A DNA stretch of 64,000 nt from an uncultured Candidatus Saccharibacteria bacterium (GCA_964644965.1 CAZXYN010000002.1:67075-131074); one strand, 5' to 3'. Positions 7,294 through 16,056 are shown, counted from the stretch's first letter. Notes: generated by a model from the letters alone, not told the origin. A program made the numbers and translations.

Positions 7294-7830
7294 ATGCTCA
7301 AAAAAATAGAAAACAACCTGCGCGAGTTCGTGTATGGCGGTATGGACGGTGCAGTCACTACTTTTGCCGTTGTAACTGGCGCCGCCGGTGCCAACCTAGA
7401 TGTTAGCGTTATTCTAATACTTGGCTATGCCAACGTTCTGGCAGATGGTTTTTCTATGGCGGTCGGTTCGTACTTAAGCGAAAAGAGTGATCAAGACCTG
7501 CAGATTCACAGAGGCGAAGGCAAAAAGGGTGATTATGAATCACCTATGAAGGCATCAATTGCGACCTTTATATCATTCTTGCTAATAGGTTTCGTGCCGC
7601 TGCTTGTTTATACGTTTGATTTCATTTTTGAACTTGGCATGAGCAATGACACCATGCTGATGTATGCAGTTACGCTGACTCTAATCACCTTTGGTCTAAT
7701 CGGTCTATTGCGTGCTAGAATCACCAAGATCAAGAAGCGCACTGCTATTCTTGAGTCCTTTGGGCTCGGTGTTGCTGCTGCGGTTATTTCCTACGGCGCC
7801 GGCAGTATACTCGAACAAATTATTAACTAG
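7294..7830 (+). CDS. VIT1/CCC1-family iron/manganese transporter
   Basis: ORF track, 178 aa. EFVYGGMDGAVTTFAVVTGAAGA and ANVLADGFSMAVGSYLS motifs. Confidence 0.75.
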   Translation: MLKKIENNLREFVYGGMDGAVTTFAVVTGAAGANLDVSVILILGYANVLADGFSMAVGSYLSEKSDQDLQIHRGEGKKGDYESPMKASIATFISFLLIGFVPLLVYTFDFIFELGMSNDTMLMYAVTLTLITFGLIGLLRARITKIKKRTAILESFGLGVAAAVISYGAGSILEQIIN

Positions 7831-7839
7831 GCTCTCAAG

Positions 7840-8082
7840 TTAATTAGAAATCTTGGCAGTATTTTTGACTTTTTTGCGGGTATTTTGTGTGACAACGGGT
7901 TCAATCGGAACAATCAAAGCCACAATCAAGTAGACGATAATGGCAAGTCCAGTAGTCATAAAAGCAAGAATAATCAGCACTGCCCGTACGATGGTAGGGT
8001 CTATGCCTATGAATTTGGCGATGCCACCAGAAAGTCCAGTGAATATGCGGTTGCTACGGCTGCGGTATAGTTTTTTGACCAT
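7840..8082 (-). CDS. PspC-domain membrane protein
   Basis: ORF track 7840..8103; I prefer the internal start MVKKLYRS. LYRSRSNRIFTGLSGGIAKFIGIDPTIVRAVLIIL is a PspC domain. TTGACA-17-TATAAT promoter upstream on the minus strand. Confidence 0.75.
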   Translation of the reverse strand: MVKKLYRSRSNRIFTGLSGGIAKFIGIDPTIVRAVLIILAFMTTGLAIIVYLIVALIVPIEPVVTQNTRKKVKNTAKISN

Positions 8083-8251
8083 GCAATCAGTATACAATAT
8101 CAATTTGGGGTGAGTAGCATAACAGTGGTCAAGTAGTAGAATTTTGCCCCATAGGGAACAGCAGTTGTCTTTATTATAGCAAAAAGCTTATGTTTTGTCA
8201 ACGTATGAAAAATCTGAAATAAAAATGACCTCCGAAATAGGCCATTCATTG

Positions 8252-8406
8252 TATGGGGCGAGTGATGGGAATCGCCCACATTCTGCGGGCCCGAAACTTC
8301 ACGGTGTGAAACAAGTTTCACCCGGAAGGTTTCCTTGCGAAATGCCACAGGCATTTCTCACCCACGACCTTAGGCGTGGGTTCAAGTTCCATTGACCAGC
8401 CCATAA
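8252..8406 (-). repeat. tRNA-flanking element H, ending in a 23-nt copy of the tRNA-His 3' end
   Basis: 8252-8274 is identical to 8439-8461 (T-loop CGATT through CCA plus 2 nt). 8361-8371 repeats the tRNA-His variable/T-stem segment at 8464-8474. An ~86 nt hairpin-rich insert lies between these two pieces. An inverted, well-formed T-arm/acceptor/CCA-like end (GTGGG-TTCAAGT-TCCAT-TGACCAG-C-CCA) lies on the plus strand at about 8374-8403. Confidence 0.7.
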
Positions 8407-8429
8407 ACAAAAAACGACCCTTTGGGTCA
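8407..8429 (-). terminator. intrinsic terminator after tRNA-His
   Basis: Read on the minus strand: GACCC-AAA-GGGTC followed by TTTTTTG. Confidence 0.65.
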
Positions 8430-8440
8430 TTTCTTATTTA

Positions 8441-8518
8441 TGGGGCGAGTGATGGGAATCGAACCCACGACCTTCGGAACCACAACCCGACGCTCTAACC
8501 AACTGAGCTACACCCGCC
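8441..8518 (-). tRNA. tRNA-His (anticodon GTG) with encoded G-1 and CCA
   Basis: Reverse complement is G-GCGGGTG TA GCTC AGTTGGTTA GAGC G TCGGG TTGTGGT TCCGA AGGTC GTGGG TTCGATT CCCAT CACTCGC C CCA. Coordinates cross-checked against ORF 8434..8718. Confidence 0.9.
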
Positions 8519-8708
8519 TCGTCGGAACGTAATATTGTGGTTCCTGTATTGCCGACAAAACAAGTTTGCTCGGACAATACTAGAAACCTCAATAAGTTTC
8601 CTCCTCTTAAGTTTTCCAAACAGAACAAGTTCTTGGTTTGAAAAACTTGAAAAGCCCAAAAAGGGCAAGAACAGGGGTAATTATATCTGTTTGCGGTTGT
8701 TTTTGCAA
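8519..8708 (-). promoter_or_regulatory. promoter plus conserved structured leader of the tRNA-His unit
   Basis: On the minus strand: TTGCAA (8703-8708), 17 nt, TATAAT (8680-8685), then TACCCCTGTT. Leader modules are CAAACCAAG-hairpin-TGTTTGG..AAGAGGAGG (about 8598-8645), a hairpin with loop GCAAACTTGTTTTG (about 8545-8580), and TCCGACGA abutting the tRNA. Confidence 0.55.
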
Positions 8709-8822
8709 TGGGTGGCAAGGTAAACAGCTCATGGTAAACTTGTCAATGAAGGTGGTCACAGGCAATGATATTGCCGTTGTGTATACTGGAAGTAATCAGG
8801 CAATAAAGGAAAGTAGATACAA

Positions 8823-9374
8823 ATGGCAAAAAGATCAAATTCATCAGATAAATCAGTCCAAAAAATCTTCATGGTGCTGGCGGCAATTGTAGCTGCAGCA
8901 CTATTTGTGATTGGCGGGTTGGCACTGTGGGCGCATAACTTTACAACCAACATGGTGCGTACTGAGCTGGCGGCGCAAAAGATTTATTTTCCACAAGCCG
9001 GGGCGCCGAACTTTTTGCCAGAAGATTATCCAGAATTGCAGAAGTATGCTGGCCAGCTGGTAGACAACGGCGAAAAGGCAAAAGCCTATGCCAATGGCTA
9101 TATCGGTCGCCATCTGCATAACACGGCCGATGGCAAAACTTATGCGGAGGTCAGTACTCTGGCCAGGCAAAACCCGAATGACGAAACGCTGCAACAACAG
9201 AGAGAAAGCTTACTACAAGGAGAGACTTTGCGGGGTATTCTTCTTGGCACGGGGTATGCCTTTGGTACGATAGGCATGCTGGCGGGTATCGCGGCCTGGG
9301 TGTTGTTTGGTCTTGGTGCTGTGCTGGTGCTAGTAAGCATATTTTATGCCAAGCGTTACTACGGACGAGGCTAG
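8823..9374 (+). CDS. membrane protein, unknown function (N- and C-terminal TM helices)
   Basis: ORF track, 183 aa. AAGGAAAG upstream of the ATG. Confidence 0.55.
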   Translation: MAKRSNSSDKSVQKIFMVLAAIVAAALFVIGGLALWAHNFTTNMVRTELAAQKIYFPQAGAPNFLPEDYPELQKYAGQLVDNGEKAKAYANGYIGRHLHNTADGKTYAEVSTLARQNPNDETLQQQRESLLQGETLRGILLGTGYAFGTIGMLAGIAAWVLFGLGAVLVLVSIFYAKRYYGRG

Positions 9375-9975
9375 AGTAGTGACACTCAAAGGAATCACAT
9401 TAAAGCAGTCGCTGCCATACATCATGATTGCGGCTGGTGTGGTGGGCCTGTTAGCCTCGCTGATGCTGACGCATGACAAAATCCAGGTGCTGCAAAACCC
9501 AGATTATGATCCGTTCTGTAACATTAACCCGATATTTAGCTGTCGTTCGGTAATGGTAACCGAACAGGCAAGTCTGTTGGGGCTGCCTAACACGGTGTTT
9601 GGTGTCATAGGGTTTACAGCGCTGGTGACATTGGGGTTTTTGCTGGCTGCTGGCGCCCAAATAAAACGTTGGTTGTGGCTGGTTGTGCAACTGTCGGCTA
9701 CGGTTGGCGTAATATTTATGCACTATTTATTCTTCCAGGCAGTGTATAGAATCAATGCAATTTGCCTGTGGTGTTTTGCTACTTGGATAGTGGTGATCCC
9801 GGTGTTCTGGTACATCACACTTTATAACCTGCGCGAAGGGCATATCAGGCTAAAGAATGATAAAATTGCAACTTTTTTGCAAAAACACCACGGCAATATG
9901 TTGCTTGCCTGGTACGGTGTTATTTTTATGATTTTGCTGGTTGAGTTCTGGTATTACTGGGAGACTTTGATTTGA
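9346..9975 (+). CDS. vitamin K epoxide reductase (VKOR)-family protein
   Basis: ORF track, 209 aa (alternative starts GTG 9379 or ATG 9424). Loop cysteines CNINPIFSC and the CLWC redox motif in a 4-5 TM protein. Confidence 0.7.
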   Translation: MPSVTTDEARVVTLKGITLKQSLPYIMIAAGVVGLLASLMLTHDKIQVLQNPDYDPFCNINPIFSCRSVMVTEQASLLGLPNTVFGVIGFTALVTLGFLLAAGAQIKRWLWLVVQLSATVGVIFMHYLFFQAVYRINAICLWCFATWIVVIPVFWYITLYNLREGHIRLKNDKIATFLQKHHGNMLLAWYGVIFMILLVEFWYYWETLI

Positions 9976-10010
9976 AAATAAATATACCTGCTTTGTAAGC
10001 AGGTATATTT

Positions 10011-10169
10011 ATTGGTACCCCGGGAGGGAATTTGACTCACAAGTCAAAATGCTCTGCATTTTTGCTCGCGAGCCCGGCGCGGCGTGCATCGGGTGCCGAT
10101 GCACAGGCCTTACGCCTGTTCGATTCCCCGCAGGCCAAGCAGTTGGCCTGCTGTCTCTGGGTACCAATT
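10011..10169 (-). repeat. tRNA-flanking element R, ending in a 21-nt copy of the tRNA-Arg(TCT) 3' end
   Basis: 10011-10031 is identical to 10199-10219 (ATTCCCTCCCGGGGTACCA plus 2 nt, read on the minus strand). The GC-richer body has several hairpins (TGCATCG-GGTGC-CGATGCA; ACAGGC-CTTA-GCCTGT; CAGGCCAA-GCAG-TTGGCCTG). It also has an inverted T-loop box TGTTCGATTCC and a plus-strand ...GGGTACCA end. Confidence 0.7.
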
Positions 10170-10193
10170 CAAAAGCCCCACTTTCGTGAGGCT
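10170..10193 (-). terminator. intrinsic terminator after tRNA-Arg(TCT)
   Basis: Read on the minus strand: AGCCTCAC-GAAA-GTGGGGCT followed by TTTTG. Confidence 0.6.
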
Positions 10194-10200
10194 CATGAAT

Positions 10201-10277
10201 TGGTACCCCGGGAGGGAATCGAACCCCCGACCTGTGGGATAGAAGCCCATTGCTCTAATCCGCTGAGCTACCGGGGC
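10201..10277 (-). tRNA. tRNA-Arg (anticodon TCT)
   Basis: Reverse complement is GCCCCGG TA GCTC AGCGGATTA GAGC A ATGGG CTTCTAT CCCAC AGGTC GGGGG TTCGATT CCCTC CCGGGGT A CCA. Coordinates cross-checked against ORF 10032..10292. Confidence 0.9.
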
Positions 10278-10461
10278 GTCGTCGAAGTGTGATGGTGAGA
10301 TAATCCTAGTAGCGACAAAAAATTTGCTCACTACTAGTAATTATCTCACTAAGCCTTCTCCTCTCAAAACCCCAAACAGCAGCCAGCTGCTTGGTTTGGT
10401 GTTTTGTGCAAGAACATTCCTTAACAGGGGTGATTATACCATGTTATAACTGTTATTGTAA
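10278..10461 (-). promoter_or_regulatory. promoter plus conserved structured leader of the tRNA-Arg(TCT) unit
   Basis: On the minus strand: TTACAA (10456-10461), 17 nt, TGGTATAAT (-10 at 10433-10438), then CACCCCTGTT. Leader modules are ACCAAACCAAG-hairpin-TGTTTGGGGTTTTGAGAGGAGA (about 10353-10402), a long hairpin with loop GCAAATTTTTTG (about 10295-10349), and CACTTCGACGAC abutting the tRNA. Confidence 0.55.
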
Positions 10462-10500
10462 GCACAAACGTGATACGCTGGGGTAACAAGAGGGAATTTT

Positions 10501-11802
10501 ATGGAAGAAAATCAGCCAACGCCACCACAATTTGTGAAGCCAGAGACAAAGCAAGTAGAGGTAGAAAAGGTACCTGATGCGCCTCTGCCATCAGAGCCAG
10601 ACACACCGCCTAAGAAACCAAAATCTAAGAAAAAGCTACTAATCATCATTGGAATAGTAGTGGCAGTGCTACTAACTGCAGGCGCACTTTGGTACTTTTT
10701 GATCCGTGACAGCGGGCAGACCGCAGAAACCAGCCAGGAACAACAAGTAGCAGAAGTCACTGAGCGAGAGTACGAAGGGCTACCAGATACCGTTGCCTAT
10801 GCTTACCGCGACATCGACTCTGAGCCGTACAAAATCTACACTCGTCCTGCCGTATCGGGCGAAAGAGCAGAAGCAATGACGCTTCCAGCAGGTGTGTATA
10901 TATCTCACAGTGCTGTACATGGCAACCAAGTAGTGTTCGTGACTGAGCCTGAAGCTGCTACTGATGAAGTACTAACAATCTGGTACAGTGACGATGCTGG
11001 TGCTTCGTACAGAGAGATTTACAAGGATGAAGCGATCACAGCAGAAGACAGTATTGGCACACAAGTAACTAGCATTATATTTTCGACAGACGGTAGTGTA
11101 GTTTTGGCGGGAATATTACCTGCTGACGGTGGCAATCAAGTTACCGAACTATCTTTAGATGGTTTAAATCAACAGAAGGTTATATTTACGACTGACGACA
11201 GGGGTGTTGCCTTAGAAGGTTACGACCGTGCCAACCAAAAGACCCTGTACTTTTCTGGTTGCTACAACTGTGACGGAATTATTCACAAAACCCTGAATCT
11301 TTATGATGAATCATCAGACTCCACAGTTACTGTCTATGATTCGCCAGTCGTTCAGCTAAATGTGGCGGTAAAGGACGATTTTTCCAAAGTACTGATATCA
11401 GAGGGTACAAGTGATGAATCAACAGCAGATGAGCTCGGTGGTGGTTTAGCTGCGCCATATACCATCAAGACCATCGCAGTAGAGGAGGGTGCAGTGGCAG
11501 AGACCTTAACCCAAGTCGATGAGCTGGTGACTGAGGTTGGCTATACCTATGCTGATACAGGTTATTACGTAACTCAGCAGGAGATTATACGACTCAATGA
11601 CGCTACGCCGTCACTTGCTTATGAGACGGCTGGGATTATCATAAACAGCGGTGCGTACTTTGTTGGTGAAGATAGCGTTGTCGTAGCGGTTGGTGAGTTC
11701 TTTGACTTTGCACTAGACTATTTCAAGTCGGGTTCTGAAGCACCGGTAAATGTACTGCAAGGCGACGCCAATACTATAGTTTTCGGTGTTCCGATAAAGT
11801 AG
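10501..11802 (+). CDS. membrane-anchored extracytoplasmic protein, unknown function
   Basis: ORF track, 433 aa. Pro/Lys-rich N-terminus, one TM helix (LLIIIGIVVAVLLTAGALWYFLI), then a large beta-rich ectodomain. Confidence 0.6.
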   Translation: MEENQPTPPQFVKPETKQVEVEKVPDAPLPSEPDTPPKKPKSKKKLLIIIGIVVAVLLTAGALWYFLIRDSGQTAETSQEQQVAEVTEREYEGLPDTVAYAYRDIDSEPYKIYTRPAVSGERAEAMTLPAGVYISHSAVHGNQVVFVTEPEAATDEVLTIWYSDDAGASYREIYKDEAITAEDSIGTQVTSIIFSTDGSVVLAGILPADGGNQVTELSLDGLNQQKVIFTTDDRGVALEGYDRANQKTLYFSGCYNCDGIIHKTLNLYDESSDSTVTVYDSPVVQLNVAVKDDFSKVLISEGTSDESTADELGGGLAAPYTIKTIAVEEGAVAETLTQVDELVTEVGYTYADTGYYVTQQEIIRLNDATPSLAYETAGIIINSGAYFVGEDSVVVAVGEFFDFALDYFKSGSEAPVNVLQGDANTIVFGVPIK

Positions 11803-11885
11803 GCAAGATTACTAAACAGCCAAAAAACCGAGGCAAGCTCGGTTCTCTGGTTGGTGCGGCATAGTATTGCAGGTTAGAACTTTAT

Positions 11886-12290
11886 TTATTGCTCACGTTC
11901 CAAGTATTTAATTTCAACTAATGGCATGGTCGTATAAATTGAATCAGGATCAAAATCAATACCTTTACGAGGTAGCCCATATATATTGACGCAACGTCCG
12001 GTCATAATTTCCTTATCAGGATTACCCTGTCTCCGAACAATGACTTCCGTGGATGGTAGGCGATATTCCCCGTAGTAGGGCTGTGTTTCCGATAGTCTTG
12101 TCACCAAACTAGGTCCTTCTTTAGAGGGTTCGACAACGTAACAAGCGCCGCTTTCAGTTCTAAGCATGAGCGCCAACAAATTACGATTACCTCGCCAATC
12201 GGATAATCGTTCAGTGCTAGCACCGTCAATCTGCAAGCGGTGTATTAAACTAGTCAGTTCTTGTTCGACCATATTCTCAAATCCAAGCAT
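11886..12290 (-). CDS. hypothetical protein
   Basis: ORF track, 134 aa. It starts 9 nt downstream of tRNA-Gly on the same strand. I recognise no family. Confidence 0.5.
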   Translation of the reverse strand: MLGFENMVEQELTSLIHRLQIDGASTERLSDWRGNRNLLALMLRTESGACYVVEPSKEGPSLVTRLSETQPYYGEYRLPSTEVIVRRQGNPDKEIMTGRCVNIYGLPRKGIDFDPDSIYTTMPLVEIKYLEREQ

Positions 12291-12299
12291 TAATCTATT

Positions 12300-12374
12300 T
12301 GGTGCGGGTGGGGGGAATCGAACCCCCGTCTCAAGTTTGGAAAACTTGCATACTAACCGTTGTACTACACCCGC
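12300..12374 (-). tRNA. tRNA-Gly (anticodon TCC)
   Basis: Reverse complement is GCGGGTG TA GTAC AACGGTTA GTAT G CAAGT TTTCCAA ACTTG AGAC GGGGG TTCGATT CCCCC CACCCGC A CCA. Coordinates cross-checked against ORF 12166..12378. Confidence 0.9.
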
Positions 12375-12500
12375 ATAAAGTCTGAATTGTTAAAGGGTTC
12401 GATTCCGAATCGACTCACCTTCGGCGAGCCCCGAACTTCTGCTTTACAAGCATAGCTTGCAAGTGAAGATTCGTTTCCGACTGCTTTTGAGCAGTTCTCA
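12375..12500 (-). repeat. tRNA-flanking element G (body), between a tRNA-Gly 5' pseudo-copy and the intact tRNA-Gly
   Basis: Read on the minus strand it starts TGAGAAC directly after the pseudo T-stem. It contains GAAGTTCGGGGCTCGCCGAAGG and the palindrome TCGATTC-G-GAATCGA. The T-loop box GGTTCGATTCC is on the plus strand. Confidence 0.6.
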
Positions 12501-12552
12501 CCCCGTCTCAAGTCTCCGAAAACTTGCATACTAACCGTTGTGCTACACCCGC
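12501..12552 (-). pseudogene. tRNA-Gly-like 5' fragment (acceptor to T-stem 5' strand) with an 8-nt anticodon loop
   Basis: Reverse complement is GCGGGTGTAGCACAACGGTTAGTATGCAAGTTTTCGGAGACTTGAGACGGGG. It differs from tRNA-Gly only by one D-stem change (GTAC to GCAC, which breaks a pair) and the loop TTTCCAA to TTTCGGAG. Homology stops exactly at the T-loop. An extended -10 (TGATATAAT, 12577-12582) lies upstream. Confidence 0.65.
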
Positions 12553-12650
12553 GATAAATCCTTGGCAACAGGGGTAATTATATCACTTTAAGGTAATAAG
12601 TAAAACAGCCCCGCTAAAGTTTGCCGAGGCTGTTGCGACCAGTTTTTTAT

Positions 12651-15600
12651 TTAGGCTTCGCGCTTTTTGATGACTACAAAGCTGGTTGCTACGATGAACA
12701 GAGCAAAAGCTGTTGCCAGCAGGACGGGTGTACCGGTATCGGCCAGTGTGCTGGCTCCAAGTACCTGCGGATTGCTTGGATCACAGCCTTCAGTTTCTGG
12801 TGGGTAAGCAACTGAAGTATCAGCAGTTGGGTTGACTTGCATGACAGTGCTCGCAGATGGGCGTAAGTTGCCACCAAAGTCAGATGGATCTTCTACCCAT
12901 TCACCACCTACTAGCTTCCAGCCTGGCCAATCAGGAAGGATTGTGTCAGTGCCTGGCCATAGGGTTTCGGATGAGTAGGTATTAGTCACAGGGTCGTAGT
13001 CAACATCGGCTAGTGCAAATACTTGAGTGTCGACAAGTATGCCAGCTGGATCACCCGCAGCATTACCAGCTTCTGTTAGCCAATCGAGCGTGAACTGCGT
13101 TGGTGTAAACATCGCTTGTGGAACAGACGGGGTGACTGTCCACTGAAGGTAAGGGAAGCTGTTTCGGCAGACTGGCGTTGCAGCATACTCGATTGTCAAC
13201 TGATGATTACCAAAGTTTTTGTTCTCGAAGCTGCGACCAAGTCGACTAACCCATACAAAGTAACAGCCATCGAATACATCTGGATTTGGCTTGGTTTGTA
13301 GCCAGCCAGCTTGCGGCACTTCACACACTTTGTATTTGCCGTAATCCAGTTGACCGAAGTTGTAGGCACCATTCTCATTAGTAGGGGTAGTTGTAGGCTC
13401 GCCGTTAAAACCACAGTCTTTTTCTAGTTCTATGTATCTTTCACTATTTTCGTTTTGGTAGACATAGCTGCTAACCTCTTGCTCATCAAAGGCAGGTTGC
13501 TCTACTCTACATCCCCATTTCTGAATGGTTATTTCCCAGCCAGCAAGTGCTGGCTCTTCTTCGTCCCACTTGCCGTTGGCATTAACATCGCTAAATTTGT
13601 AGCCACTGATGTCACCCTTTTTGTCGTTCACAAATACACATAGGTATTCTTCGCCAATTTCGGCATTGAACTCAGTACCTTGTCCAACAGTTTTCCAGCC
13701 ATACCAGGTCTTTTCTTTACAGTACGAATCGGTGAGTACCCAGTTGTCTGGAAGATTCTTTTCTTCTACTGTTACGTCTCCCGCCTTTATATCAAAGCTT
13801 TCGGTTTGCCAGTTTTTCAGCCCAAAGTATTCTGTGTTGTTGTGTCCTGCTGGATTTAGTTTGAATTGGAACTCGTCGGTTTGGTTTGCGCCGTAGGCAA
13901 CTTTTTTAACAGTTACTTTTGGAGCAATATCTTCGTTCGTGTAGATACATAGAACATCCTGATCAAGGTCAAGATTAACAGTTGCGAACCATCCATTGAA
14001 ATCAGAGACTTTATGAAGGCCACTGTAGCAAGAAATGTCAGTCAGCTTATAGCCAGGTGTAGGGACTTCCCAAAGTTTGTGTTTTCCTGCGTTTACTTCG
14101 ATAGTTTCCCAGTGATCAAGTTTTGTTTGATTAGCAATAAGCTTGTCGTCGAAATCATGCGAATCAAGTGTTCCGCCGTGGTTGTTCTTGACAATCTTCT
14201 TTACGGTAATTGTTGCAGGCTGGTCGTCATTAGTAAGCGTACATTTGTAATCGACGCCTACTTCATCTGCCTTAACATATATAAGCCCAAAGAAGTACTC
14301 GCAGTCGCCAGCCACATTTGTAAGTTTGTAGCCGTTCTGCTGCACTTCCCATACGTAGTAAGTCCCAGTGCTCGCAAGTGGGTGAGGAACCTCAGAAGTG
14401 ACTTCCACAGCACCAAGTGGAAGAGGGATGGATGTTACGTAGAGTGGGAAGTTGTTGTCTTGCAATGTCCCGCCATTATCATTAACAACTACTTTAGTAA
14501 CGGTCAGGGTTGGTGCTGTAGCAGTGTTTACGATCGTACAGACAACATCCTCGTCTAGAGCTAACGTGACTTTGTTACCACTTACCCAGCTAGAGCTGCC
14601 GGTACATTGCCAGTCGCCTGCTGCATACCCTGCTACGCCACCAGTTTCTGACAGGGTGTATTCAAGGTTTGCTTTTGCGTCTGTAGCAGCGAATCCGCCA
14701 ACACCACTTAGCTCAGTGCCGTTTGTAGGTGTTGCTTTAAGTGTCCAAGCAGTTTTGTTTGCTGGTTGACCATATTGATTTACGACTTCTTTTACAAGAG
14801 TTAATGTAGGAGCGATGTCTTGATTCTTAACCTTGCAGGTCACATCCTTATTAGCTTCAAGTTGAACAGGATGTTGTACATCAATCCAAGTGTAGTCAGT
14901 TTTGTAACACTTAATATATTTGAGCTCGTAACCTGGTGTAACCAGTTCACTTACCACATATGTACCGACGGCAAGTTCGTGAGTACCCCAGGTAGAATTT
15001 TGTCCGTTTAGGGTTGGGGTAAATGCTTCATACCCTGCGGTTCCCCCATGGTTATTCTCTACTTCTTTTATGAGTCGCAGCGTACCAGTAGGGAGCTTTT
15101 CGTTCTCGTATTCACAGGTAACATTAGGTTTCTGAGCTGTGAGAGTGATTTCCGTCACGCCGCTTGTTTTATTGATGCTCGTGTTATTGCTTGGATCGCA
15201 ATCAATATCCTTTACTTTCCAGCCTGCAGGTACAAGCTCCGTAACAGTATATTTTGTGTCAAGCGGGACATTAGAGATTGTTTTCTCGCGTGGAGTGTTT
15301 TGCACATCATCATCGTACAAAGTAAATGATTCGCTATTTGGAATTGTGCTTGTGAACGGGAACCCAATGTTGCTTTTTCCGTTATCAACATCTTTTTTTA
15401 TAGTTATACTGCCATATCGTGGAACAGATTTATTTCCAAAATATAGCTCTTCTCTCTGGTTACTGTGCTTAAGTTCAAAGCTCCAACAGCGTGATTCCTC
15501 TGAAGCGCTATTTGGCGATGTATTACCCACGCTGCCGCTCGTATTAGCGTTCGGGTATGTTTGAGTCCAGCCTGCCAACTTCTCTTCACATACGTAGTAG

Positions 15601-15920
15601 TCGTCATAATCGAGATTACTCCAATATACCCAGTCTGAGTCATGTGATGTTCGGTAACTTTGATATACCCATTGGCCTTGTTGGCGTTGATATAGCTTTA
15701 GCATGAACCCAGCTAGATCATCGTTCTCACCGTTGTCTAATTGACCATTACCGTTTGTATCTTCAAATTTCTTGACCTTTATAGATCCATCGTCTTGGGT
15801 TGCGCCTACCGTATCACTCAGTACGAGGGGCACCAGACTACCGGCCAAAACCTGAACCAATATCAATATACCCGCCGATACAAAACCAGTTCGTTTTAAG
15901 ATTTGTGAAACACCATTCAT
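12651..15920 (-). CDS. very large cell-surface repeat protein (SdrD/Cna-B-like and prealbumin-fold repeats) with an LPXTG-like LADTG sorting signal
   Basis: ORF track 12651..15959; I prefer the ATG at 15920 (MNGVSQILK..., GGAGG 7 nt upstream). Signal peptide. DTNGNGQLDNGENDDLAGF and DVNANGKWDEEEPALAGW calcium-type B-repeat motifs. Many ~90 aa repeats. The C-terminus is LADTG, a hydrophobic helix, then KKREA. Confidence 0.8.
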   Translation of the reverse strand: MNGVSQILKRTGFVSAGILILVQVLAGSLVPLVLSDTVGATQDDGSIKVKKFEDTNGNGQLDNGENDDLAGFMLKLYQRQQGQWVYQSYRTSHDSDWVYWSNLDYDDYYVCEEKLAGWTQTYPNANTSGSVGNTSPNSASEESRCWSFELKHSNQREELYFGNKSVPRYGSITIKKDVDNGKSNIGFPFTSTIPNSESFTLYDDDVQNTPREKTISNVPLDTKYTVTELVPAGWKVKDIDCDPSNNTSINKTSGVTEITLTAQKPNVTCEYENEKLPTGTLRLIKEVENNHGGTAGYEAFTPTLNGQNSTWGTHELAVGTYVVSELVTPGYELKYIKCYKTDYTWIDVQHPVQLEANKDVTCKVKNQDIAPTLTLVKEVVNQYGQPANKTAWTLKATPTNGTELSGVGGFAATDAKANLEYTLSETGGVAGYAAGDWQCTGSSSWVSGNKVTLALDEDVVCTIVNTATAPTLTVTKVVVNDNGGTLQDNNFPLYVTSIPLPLGAVEVTSEVPHPLASTGTYYVWEVQQNGYKLTNVAGDCEYFFGLIYVKADEVGVDYKCTLTNDDQPATITVKKIVKNNHGGTLDSHDFDDKLIANQTKLDHWETIEVNAGKHKLWEVPTPGYKLTDISCYSGLHKVSDFNGWFATVNLDLDQDVLCIYTNEDIAPKVTVKKVAYGANQTDEFQFKLNPAGHNNTEYFGLKNWQTESFDIKAGDVTVEEKNLPDNWVLTDSYCKEKTWYGWKTVGQGTEFNAEIGEEYLCVFVNDKKGDISGYKFSDVNANGKWDEEEPALAGWEITIQKWGCRVEQPAFDEQEVSSYVYQNENSERYIELEKDCGFNGEPTTTPTNENGAYNFGQLDYGKYKVCEVPQAGWLQTKPNPDVFDGCYFVWVSRLGRSFENKNFGNHQLTIEYAATPVCRNSFPYLQWTVTPSVPQAMFTPTQFTLDWLTEAGNAAGDPAGILVDTQVFALADVDYDPVTNTYSSETLWPGTDTILPDWPGWKLVGGEWVEDPSDFGGNLRPSASTVMQVNPTADTSVAYPPETEGCDPSNPQVLGASTLADTGTPVLLATAFALFIVATSFVVIKKREA

Positions 15921-16056
15921 AATTGCCTCCTCACATCTATGAATTACTCCACTTTGCAACTAGTGATTATGCACCGATAATACAAATATGCAAGCACGAG
16001 CGGAAATAGCAGTATATTTATCTATAAAATAGAAGCAACAAGTTCTAAATAATTAA

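Noticed and set aside
8252-8406. Possibility that the element next to tRNA-His is SRP (4.5S) RNA or 6S RNA. It contains CCCGGAAGG and several helices.
   Set aside because: It lacks the conserved SRP helix-8 motif (GGUCCGGAAGGAAGCAGCC-type symmetric loop), and its ends are tRNA-His copies. The similarity is only a few nucleotides.
12689-15643. Many 60-180 aa ORFs on both strands inside the large adhesin gene (for example 14013..14558 and 15139..15564).
   Set aside because: They are nested in a single 3.3 kb frame with coherent repeat-domain architecture, a signal peptide and a sorting signal. None has independent support.
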